From positions 24,924,001 to 24,988,000 of the forward strand of contig OZ024741.1 in NCBI GenBank assembly GCA_964016885.1: a stretch of 64,000 nucleotides of DNA. The letters are read 5' to 3'. This document shows, piece by piece, positions 1 through 11,749 of the stretch. The notes under the pieces are model-generated. The model saw nothing but the letters and a program-made list of their open reading frames with translations. It was not told where the DNA came from and did not search any database. Position numbers and translations under genes: made by a program. Source of the stretch: Eledone cirrhosa (lineage: Eukaryota). The number at the start of each line of letters is the position of its first letter. Within the stretch, counting starts at the first letter, position 1.

Positions 1-3000
1 GTGTGTTTTATTAGAAATATGGTAATGAAAGGGTTAAACAACATAGACAGTGTCTTTTATTAGAAATATGGTAATGAAAGGGTTAAACAACATAGACAGT
101 GTCTTTTATTAAATATAGGGTAATGAAAGTGTTAAAAAACATAGACAGTGTCTTTTATTAGTAATATAATAATGAAAGGGTTAAACAACAGAAATATGGT
201 AATGATAGGGTTAAACAACATAGACAGTGTCTTTTATTAGAAATATGATAATGAAAGGGTTAAACAACATAGACAGTGTCTTTTATTAGAAATATTGTAA
301 TGAAAGGGTTAAACAACATAGACAGCGTCTTTTATTAGAAATATGGTAATGAAAGTGTTAAACAACATAGACAGTGTCTTTTATTAGAAATACAACATAG
401 ACAGTGTGTTTTATTAGAAATATGGTAATGAAAGGGTTAAACAACATAGACAGTGTCTTTTATTAGAAATATGATAATGAAAGGGTTAAAAAACATAGAC
501 AGTGTCTTGTATTAGAAATATGGTAATGAAAGGGTTAAACAACATAGACAGTGTCTTTTATTAGAAATATGGTAATGAAAGGGTTAAACAACATAGACAG
601 TGGCTTTTATTAGAAATATGATAATGAAAGGGTTAAACAACATAGAGAGTGTCTTTTATTAGATATAGGGTAATGAATGTGTTAAACAACATAGACAGTG
701 TCTTTTATTAGAAATATGGTAATGAAAGGGTTAAACAACATAGACAGTGTCTTTTATTCGAAATATGATAATGAAAGGGTTAAACAACATAGAGAGTGTC
801 TTTTATTAGATATAGGGTAATGAATGTGTTAAACAACATAGACAGTGTCTTTTATTAGAAATATGGTAATGAAAGGGTTAAACAACATAGACAGTGTCTT
901 TTATTAGAAATATGGTAATGAAAGGGTTAGACAACATAGACAGTGTCATTTATTAGAAATATGGTAATGAAAGGGTTAAACAACATAGACAGTGTCTTTT
1001 ATTAGAAATATGGTAATGAAAGGGTTAAACAACATAGACAGTGTCTTTTAGTAGAAATATGGTAATGAAAGGGTTAAACAACATAGACAGTGTCTTTTAT
1101 TAGAAATATGGTAATGAAAGATTTAAACAACATAGACAGTGTGTTTTATTAGAAATATGGTAATGAAAGGGTTAAACAACATAGACAGTGTCTTTTATTG
1201 GAAATATGATAATGAAAGGGTTAAACAACATAGACAGTGTCTTTTATTAGAAATATGGTAATGAAAGGGTTAAACAACATGGACAGTGTCTTTTATTAGA
1301 AATATGGTAATGAAAGGGTTAAACAACATAGACAGTGTCTTTTATTAGAAATATGGTAATGAAAGGTTTAAACAACATAGACAGTGTGTTTTATTAGAAA
1401 TATGGTAATGAAAGGGTTAAACAACATAGACAGTGTCTTTTAGTAGAAATATGGTAATGAAAGGGTTAAACAACATAGACAGTGTCTTTTATTAGAAATA
1501 TGGTAATGAAAGATTTAAACAACATAGACAGTGTGTTTTATTAGAAATATGGTAATGAAAGGGTTAAACAACATGGAAAGTGTCTTTTATTAGAAATATG
1601 ATAAAGAAAGGGTTAAAAAACATAGACAGTGTCTTGTATTAGAAATATTGTATTGAAAGGGTTAAACAACATAGACAGTGTCTTTTATTAGAAATATGGT
1701 AATGAAAGGGTTAAACAACATAGACAGTGTCTTTTATTAGAAATATGGTAATGAAAGGGTTAAACAACATAGACAATGTCTTTTATTAGAAATATGGTAA
1801 TGAAAGGGTTAAACAACATAGACAGTGTCTTTTATTAGAAATATGGTAATGAAAGGGTTATACAACATAGACAGTGTCTTTTATTGGAAATATGATAATG
1901 AAAGGGTTAAACAACATAGACAGTGTCTTTTATTAGAGATATGGTAATGAAAGGGTTAAACAACATGGACAGTGTCTTTTATTAGAAATATGGTAATGAA
2001 AGGGTTAAACAACATAGACAGTGTCTTTTATTAGAAATATGATAATGAAAGGGTTAAACAACATAGACAGTGTCTTTTATTAGATATAGGGTAATGAAAG
2101 GGTTAAACAACATAGACAGTGTCTTTTTTTAGAAATATGGTAATGAAAGGATTAAACAACATAGACAGTGTCTTTTATTAGAAATATGGTAATGAAAGGG
2201 TTTAACAACATAAACAGTATCTTTTATTAGAAATGTGGTAATGAAAGGGTTAAACAACATAGACAGTGTCTTTTATTAGAAATATGGTAATGAAAGGGTT
2301 ACACAACATAGACAGTGTCTTTTATTAGAAATATGGTAATGAAAGGGTTAAACAACATAGACAGTGTCTTTTATTAGAAATATGGTAATGAAAGGGTTAA
2401 ACAACATAGACAGTGTCTTTTATTAGAAATATGATAATGAAAGGTTTAAACAACATAGACAGTGTCTTTTATTAGAAATATGGTAATGAAAGGGTTAAAC
2501 AACATAGACAGTGTCTTTTATTAGAAATAGGGTAATGAAAGGGTTAAACAACATAGACAGTGTCTTTTATTAGAAATATGATAATGAAAGGGTTAAACAA
2601 CATAGACAGTGTCTTTTATTAGAAATATGATAATGAAAGGGTTAAACAACATAGACAGTGTCTTTTATTAGAAATATGGTAATGAAAGGGTTAAACAACA
2701 TAGACAGTGTCTTTTATTAGAAATATGGTAATGAAAGGGTTAAACAACATAGATAGTGTCTTTTATTAGAAATATGGTAATGAAAGGGTTAAACAACATA
2801 GACAGTGTCTTTTATTAGAAATATGATAATGAAAGGGTTAAACAACATAGACAGTGTCTTTTATTAGAAATATGGTAATGAAAGAGTTAAACAACATAGA
2901 CAGTGTCTTTTATTAGAAATATGGTAATGAAAGGGTTAAACAACATAGACAGTGTCTTTTATTAGAAATATGGTAATGAAAGGGTTAAACAACATAGACA

Positions 3001-6000
3001 GTGTCTTTTATTAGAAATATGGTAATGAAAGGTTTAAAGAACATAGACAGTGTGTTTTATTAGAAATATGGTAATGAAAGGGTTAAACAACATAGACAGT
3101 GTCTTTTATTAGAAATATGGTAATGAAAGGGTTAAACAACATAGACAGTGTCTTTTATTAGAAATATGGTAATGAAAGATTTAAACAACATAGACAGTGT
3201 GTTTTATTAGAAATATGGTAATGAAAGGGTTAAACAACATGTACAGTGTCTTTTATTAGAAATATGATAAAGAAAGGGTTAAAAAACATGTACAGTGTCT
3301 TGTTTTAGAAATATGGTATTGAAAGGGTTAAACAACATAGACAGTGTCTTTTATTAGAAATATGGTAATGAAAGGGTTAAACAACATAGACAATGTCTTT
3401 TATTAGAAATATGGTAATGAAAGGGTTAAACAACATAGACAGTGTCTTTTACTAGAAATATGGTAATGAAAGGGTTATACAACATAGACAGTGTCTTTTA
3501 TTGGAAATATGATAATGAAAGGGTTAAACAACATAGACAGTGTCTTTTATTAGAAATATGGTAATGAAAGGGTTAAACAACATGGACAGTGTCTTTTATT
3601 AGAAATATGGTAATGAAAGGGTTAAACAACATAGACAGTGTCTTTTATTAGAAATATGATAATGAAAGGGTTAAACAACATAGACAGTGTCTTTTATTAG
3701 ATATAGGGTAATGAAAGGGTTAAACAACATAGACAGTGTCTTTTTTTAGAAATATGGTAATGAAAGGATTAAACAACATAGACAGTGTCTTTTATTAGAA
3801 ATATGGTAATGAAAGGGTTTAACAACATAAACAGTATCTTTTATTAGAAATGTGGTAATGAAAGGGTTAAACAACATAGACAGTGTCTTTTATTAGAAAT
3901 ATGGTAATGAAAGGGTTACACAACATAGACAGTGTCTTTTATTAGAAATATGGTAATGAAAGGGTTAAACAACATAGACAGTGTCTTTTATTAGAAATAT
4001 GGTAATGAAAGGGTTAAACAACATAGACAGTGTCTTTTATTAGAAATATGATAATGAAAGGTTTAAACAACATAGACAGTGTCTTTTATTAGAAATATGG
4101 TAATGAAAGGGTTAAACAACATAGACAGTGTCTTTTATTAGAAATAGGGTAATGAAAGGGTTAAACAACATAGACAGTGTCTTTTATTAGAAATATGATA
4201 ATGAAAGGGTTAAACAACATAGACAGTGTCTTTTATTAGAAATATGATAATGAAAGGGTTAAACAACATAGACAGTGTCTTTTATTAGAAATATGGTAAT
4301 GAAAGGGTTAAACAACATAGACAGTGTCTTTTATTAGAAATATGGTAATGAAAGGGTTAAACAACATAGATAGTGTCTTTTATTAGAAATATGGTAATGA
4401 AAGGGTTAAACAACATAGACAGTGTCTTTTATTAGAAATATGATAATGAAAGGGTTAAACAACATAGACAGTGTCTTTTATTAGAAATATGGTAATGAAA
4501 GAGTTAAACAACATAGACAGTGTCTTTTATTAGAAATATGGTAATGAAAGGGTTAAACAACATAGACAGTGTGTTTTGTTAGACATATGGTAATGAAAGG
4601 GTTAAACAACATAGACAGTGTCTTTTATTAGATATAGGGTAATGAAAGTGTTAAACAACATAGACAGTGTCTTTTATTAGAAATATGGTAATGAAAGGGT
4701 TAAACAACATAGACAGTGTCTTTTATTAGAAATATGGTAATGAAAGGGTTAAACAACATAGACAGTGTCTTTTATTAGAAATATGGTAATGAAAGGGTTA
4801 AACAACATAGACAGTGTCTTTTATTAGAAATATGGTAATGAAAGGGTTAAACAACATAGACAGTGTCTTTTATTAAATATAGGGTAATGAAAGTGTTAAA
4901 AAACATAGACAGTGTCTTTTATTAGAAATATAATAATGAAAGGGTTAAACAACAGAAATATGGTAATGATAGGGTTAAACAACATAGACAGTGTCTTTTA
5001 TTAGAAATATGATAATGAAAGGGTTAAACAACATAGACAGTGTCTTTTATTAGAAATATTGTAATGAAAGGGTTAAACAACATAGACAGCGTCTTTTATT
5101 AGAAATATGGTAATGAAAGTGTTAAACAACATAGACAGTGTCTTTTATTAGAAATACAACATAGACAGTGTGTTTTATTAGAAATATGGTAATGAAAGGG
5201 TTAAACAACATAGACAGTGTCTTTTATTAGAAATATGATAATGAAAGGGTTAAAAAACATAGACAGTGTCTTGTATTAGAAATATGGTAATGAAAGGGTT
5301 AAACAACATAGACAGTGTCTTTTATTAGAAATATGGTAATGAAAGGGTTAAACAACATAGACAGTGTCTTTTATTAGAAATATGATAATGAAAGGGTTAA
5401 ACAACATAGAGAGTGTCTTTTATTAGATATAGGGTAATGAATGTGTTAAACAACATAGACAGTGTCTTTTATTAGAAATATGGTAATGAAAGGGTTAAAC
5501 AACATAGACAGTGTCTTTTATTCGAAATATGATAATGAAAGGGTTAAACAACATAGAGAGTGTCTTTTATTAGATATAGGGTAATGAATGTGTTAAACAA
5601 CATAGACAGTGTCTTTTATTAGAAATATGGTAATGAAAGGGTTAAACAACATAGACAGTGTGTTTTATTAGAAATATGGTAATGAAAGGGTTAAACAACA
5701 TAGACAGTGTCTTTTATTAGAAATATGGTAATGAAAGGGTTAAACAACATAGACAGTGTCTTTTATTAAATATAGGGTAATGAAAGTGTTAAAAAACATA
5801 GACAGTGTCTTTTATTAGTAATATAATAATGAAAGGGTTAAACAACAGAAATATGGTAATGATAGGGTTAAACAACATAGACAGTGTCTTTTATTAGAAA
5901 TATGATAATGAAAGGGTTAAACAACATAGACAGTGTCTTTTATTAGAAATATTGTAATGAAAGGGTTAAACAACATAGACAGCGTCTTTTATTAGAAATA

Positions 6001-9000
6001 TGGTAATGAAAGTGTTAAACAACATAGACAGTGTCTTTTATTAGAAATACAACATAGACAGTGTGTTTTATTAGAAATATGGTAATGAAAGGGTTAAACA
6101 ACATAGACAGTGTCTTTTATTAGAAATATGATAATGAAAGGGTTAAAAAACATAGACAGTGTCTTGTATTAGAAATATGGTAATGAAAGGGTTAAACAAC
6201 ATAGACAGTGTCTTTTATTAGAAATATGGTAATGAAAGGGTTAAACAACATAGACAGTGGCTTTTATTAGAAATATGATAATGAAAGGGTTAAACAACAT
6301 AGAGAGTGTCTTTTATTAGATATAGGGTAATGAATGTGTTAAACAACATAGACAGTGTCTTTTATTAGAAATATGGTAATGAAAGGGTTAAACAACATAG
6401 ACAGTGTCTTTTATTCGAAATATGATAATGAAAGGGTTAAACAACATAGAGAGTGTCTTTTATTAGATATAGGGTAATGAATGTGTTAAACAACACAGAC
6501 AGTGTCTTTTATTAGAAATATGGTAATGAAAGGGTTAAACAACATAGACAGTGTCTTTTATTAGAAATATGGTAATGAAAGGGTTAGACAACATAGACAG
6601 TGTCATTTATTAGAAATATGGTAATGAAAGGGTTAAACAACATAGACAGTGTCTTTTATTAGAAATATGGTAATGAAAGGGTTAAACAACATAGACAGTG
6701 TCTTTTATTAGAAATATGGTAATGAAAGGGTTAAACAACATAGACAGTGTCTTTTATTAGAAATATGGTAATGAAAGGGTTAAACAACATAGACAGTGTC
6801 TTTTATTGGAAATATGATAATGAAAGGGTTAAACAACATAGACAGTGTCTTTTATTAGAAATATGGTAATGAAAGGGTTAAACAACATGGACAGTGTCTT
6901 TTATTAGAAATATGGTAATGAAAGGGTTAAACAACATAGACAGTGTCTTTTATTAGAAATATGGTAATGAAAGGTTTAAACAACATAGACAGTGTGTTTT
7001 ATTAGAAATATGGTAATGAAAGGGTTAAACAACATAGACAGTGTCTTTTAGTAGAAATATGGTAATGAAAGGGTTAAACAACATAGACAGTGTCTTTTAT
7101 TAGAAATATGGTAATGAAAGATTTAAACAACATAGACAGTGTGTTTTATTAGAAATATGGTAATGAAAGGGTTAAACAACATGGAAAGTGTCTTTTATTA
7201 GAAATATGATAAAGAAAGGGTTAAAAAACATAGACAGTGTCTTGTATTAGAAATATTGTATTGAAAGGGTTAAACAACATAGACAGTGTCTTTTATTAGA
7301 AATATGGTAATGAAAGGGTTAAACAACATAGACAGTGTCTTTTATTAGAAATATGGTAATGAAAGGGTTAAACAACATAGACAATGTCTTTTATTAGAAA
7401 TATGGTAATGAAAGGGTTAAACAACATAGACAGTGTCTTTTATTAGAAATATGGTAATGAAAGGGTTATACAACATAGACAGTGTCTTTTATTGGAAATA
7501 TGATAATGAAAGGGTTAAACAACATAGACAGTGTCTTTTATTAGAGATATGGTAATGAAAGGGTTAAACAACATGGACAGTGTCTTTTATTAGAAATATG
7601 GTAATGAAAGGGTTAAACAACATAGACAGTGTCTTTTATTAGAAATATGATAATGAAAGGGTTAAACAACATAGACAGTGTCTTTTATTAGATATAGGGT
7701 AATGAAAGGGTTAAACAACATAGACAGTGTCTTTTTTTAGAAATATGGTAATGAAAGGATTAAACAACATAGACAGTGTCTTTTATTAGAAATATGGTAA
7801 TGAAAGGGTTTAACAACATAAACAGTATCTTTTATTAGAAATGTGGTAATGAAAGGGTTAAACAACATAGACAGTGTCTTTTATTAGAAATATGGTAATG
7901 AAAGGGTTACACAACATAGACAGTGTCTTTTATTAGAAATATGGTAATGAAAGGGTTAAACAACATAGACAGTGTCTTTTATTAGAAATATGGTAATGAA
8001 AGGGTTAAACAACATAGACAGTGTCTTTTATTAGAAATATGATAATGAAAGGTTTAAACAACATAGACAGTGTCTTTTATTAGAAATATGGTAATGAAAG
8101 GGTTAAACAACATAGACAGTGTCTTTTATTAGAAATAGGGTAATGAAAGGGTTAAACAACATAGACAGTGTCTTTTATTAGAAATATGATAATGAAAGGG
8201 TTAAACAACATAGACAGTGTCTTTTATTAGAAATATGATAATGAAAGGGTTAAACAACATAGACAGTGTCTTTTATTAGAAATATGGTAATGAAAGGGTT
8301 AAACAACATAGACAGTGTCTTTTATTAGAAATATGGTAATGAAAGGGTTAAACAACATAGATAGTGTCTTTTATTAGAAATATGGTAATGAAAGGGTTAA
8401 ACAACATAGACAGTGTCTTTTATTAGAAATATGATAATGAAAGGGTTAAACAACATAGACAGTGTCTTTTATTAGAAATATGGTAATGAAAGAGTTAAAC
8501 AACATAGACAGTGTCTTTTATTAGAAATATGGTAATGAAAGGGTTAAACAACATAGACAGTGTCTTTTATTAGAAATATGGTAATGAAAGGGTTAAACAA
8601 CATAGACAGTGTCTTTTATTAGAAATATGGTAATGAAAGGTTTAAAGAACATAGACAGTGTGTTTTATTAGAAATATGGTAATGAAAGGGTTAAACAACA
8701 TAGACAGTGTCTTTTATTAGAAATATGGTAATGAAAGGGTTAAACAACATAGACAGTGTCTTTTATTAGAAATATGGTAATGAAAGATTTAAACAACATA
8801 GACAGTGTGTTTTATTAGAAATATGGTAATGAAAGGGTTAAACAACATGTACAGTGTCTTTTATTAGAAATATGATAAAGAAAGGGTTAAAAAACATGTA
8901 CAGTGTCTTGTTTTAGAAATATGGTATTGAAAGGGTTAAACAACATAGACAGTGTCTTTTATTAGAAATATGGTAATGAAAGGGTTAAACAACATAGACA

Positions 9001-11270
9001 ATGTCTTTTATTAGAAATATGGTAATGAAAGGGTTAAACAACATAGACAGTGTCTTTTACTAGAAATATGGTAATGAAAGGGTTATACAACATAGACAGT
9101 GTCTTTTATTGGAAATATGATAATGAAAGGGTTAAACAACATAGACAGTGTCTTTTATTAGAAATATGGTAATGAAAGGGTTAAACAACATGGACAGTGT
9201 CTTTTATTAGAAATATGGTAATGAAAGGGTTAAACAACATAGACAGTGTCTTTTATTAGAAATATGATAATGAAAGGGTTAAACAACATAGACAGTGTCT
9301 TTTATTAGATATAGGGTAATGAAAGGGTTAAACAACATAGACAGTGTCTTTTTTTAGAAATATGGTAATGAAAGGATTAAACAACATAGACAGTGTCTTT
9401 TATTAGAAATATGGTAATGAAAGGGTTTAACAACATAAACAGTATCTTTTATTAGAAATGTGGTAATGAAAGGGTTAAACAACATAGACAGTGTCTTTTA
9501 TTAGAAATATGGTAATGAAAGGGTTACACAACATAGACAGTGTCTTTTATTAGAAATATGGTAATGAAAGGGTTAAACAACATAGACAGTGTCTTTTATT
9601 AGAAATATGGTAATGAAAGGGTTAAACAACATAGACAGTGTCTTTTATTAGAAATATGATAATGAAAGGTTTAAACAACATAGACAGTGTCTTTTATTAG
9701 AAATATGGTAATGAAAGGGTTAAACAACATAGACAGTGTCTTTTATTAGAAATAGGGTAATGAAAGGGTTAAACAACATAGACAGTGTCTTTTATTAGAA
9801 ATATGATAATGAAAGGGTTAAACAACATAGACAGTGTCTTTTATTAGAAATATGATAATGAAAGGGTTAAACAACATAGACAGTGTCTTTTATTAGAAAT
9901 ATGGTAATGAAAGGGTTAAACAACATAGACAGTGTCTTTTATTAGAAATATGGTAATGAAAGGGTTAAACAACATAGATAGTGTCTTTTATTAGAAATAT
10001 GGTAATGAAAGGGTTAAACAACATAGACAGTGTCTTTTATTAGAAATATGATAATGAAAGGGTTAAACAACATAGACAGTGTCTTTTATTAGAAATATGG
10101 TAATGAAAGAGTTAAACAACATAGACAGTGTCTTTTATTAGAAATATGGTAATGAAAGGGTTAAACAACATAGACAGTGTGTTTTGTTAGACATATGGTA
10201 ATGAAAGGGTTAAACAACATAGACAGTGTCTTTTATTAGATATAGGGTAATGAAAGTGTTAAACAACATAGACAGTGTCTTTTATTAGAAATATGGTAAT
10301 GAAAGGGTTAAACAACATAGACAGTGTCTTTTATTAGAAATATGGTAATGAAAGGGTTAAACAACATAGACAGTGTCTTTTATTAGAAATATGGTAATGA
10401 AAGGGTTAAACAACATAGACAGTGTCTTTTATTAGAAATATGGTAATGAAAGGGTTAAACAACATAGACAGTGTCTTTTATTAAATATAGGGTAATGAAA
10501 GTGTTAAAAAACATAGACAGTGTCTTTTATTAGAAATATAATAATGAAAGGGTTAAACAACAGAAATATGGTAATGATAGGGTTAAACAACATAGACAGT
10601 GTCTTTTATTAGAAATATGATAATGAAAGGGTTAAACAACATAGACAGTGTCTTTTATTAGAAATATTGTAATGAAAGGGTTAAACAACATAGACAGCGT
10701 CTTTTATTAGAAATATGGTAATGAAAGTGTTAAACAACATAGACAGTGTCTTTTATTAGAAATACAACATAGACAGTGTGTTTTATTAGAAATATGGTAA
10801 TGAAAGGGTTAAACAACATAGACAGTGTCTTTTATTAGAAATATGATAATGAAAGGGTTAAAAAACATAGACAGTGTCTTGTATTAGAAATATGGTAATG
10901 AAAGGGTTAAACAACATAGACAGTGTCTTTTATTAGAAATATGGTAATGAAAGGGTTAAACAACATAGACAGTGTCTTTTATTAGAAATATGATAATGAA
11001 AGGGTTAAACAACATAGAGAGTGTCTTTTATTAGATATAGGGTAATGAATGTGTTAAACAACATAGACAGTGTCTTTTATTAGAAATATGGTAATGAAAG
11101 GGTTAAACAACATAGACAGTGTCTTTTATTCGAAATATGATAATGAAAGGGTTAAACAACATAGAGAGTGTCTTTTATTAGATATAGGGTAATGAATGTG
11201 TTAAACAACATAGACAGTGTCTTTTATTAGAAATATGGTAATGAAAGGGTTAGACAACATAGACAGTGTC
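1..11270. repeat. Higher-order tandem duplication, about 5.6 kb (117/116 monomers) x2
   Basis: Rare variants recur at offset 5657: TAGTAATATAAT 161/5818, GTGGCTTTT 601/6258, GTCATTT 948/6605. They then recur at offset 5608: ATGGAAAG 1573/7181, TTTAAAGAAC 3033/8641, GTACAG 3241/8849. 5657 = 117x49 - 4x19. Confidence 0.9.
1480..4570. repeat. Nested about 1.6-kb (33-34 monomer) duplication inside the 5.6-kb unit
   Basis: GACAATGTC 1774/3391 and GTCTTTTTTTAG 2121/3738 are both offset 1617 = 33x49. The same pair is repeated at about 7090-10180. Confidence 0.85.
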
Positions 11271-11749
11271 ATTTATTAGAAATATGGTAATGAAAGGGTT
11301 AAACAACATAGACAGTGTCTTTTATTAGAAATATGGTAATGAAAGGGTTAAACAACATAGACAGTGTCTTTTATTAGAAATATGGTAATGAAAGGGTTAA
11401 ACAACATAGACAGTGTCTTTTATTAGAAATATGGTAATGAAAGGGTTAAACAACATAGACAGTGTCTTTTATTAGAAATATGGTAATGAAAGGGTTAAAC
11501 AACATAGACAGTGTCTTTTATTGGAAATATTATAATGAAAGGGTTAAACAACATAGACAGTGTCTTTTATTAGAAATATGGTAATGAAAGGGTTAAACAA
11601 CATGGACAGTGTCTTTTATTAGAAATATGGTAATGAAAGGGTTAAACAACATAGACAGTGTCTTTTATTAGAAATATGATAATGAAAGGGTTAAACAACA
11701 TAGACAGTGTCTTTTATTAGAAATATGGTAATGAAAGGGTTAAACAACA

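Noticed and set aside
46-54. RSS heptamer-like GACAGTG, SMAD-like AGAC/GTCT and forkhead-like TAAACA motifs
   Set aside because: The RSS-like motif lacks the essential CAC and a nonamer. The other motifs are too short to be meaningful without binding data.
56-61. Poly(A) signal AATAAA on the minus strand (TTTATT) in each monomer
   Set aside because: Expected by chance in 71% AT sequence, with no transcript context.
19-63. Repeated 14-codon ORF MVMKGLNNIDSVFY* on the plus strand (and 19-codon MLFNPFITIFLIKDTVYVV* on the minus strand)
   Set aside because: These follow from the repeat unit. They are too short, variants hit the start codon and the frame (ATAGGG, ATGTGG, 19-bp deletions), and there is no evidence of expression.
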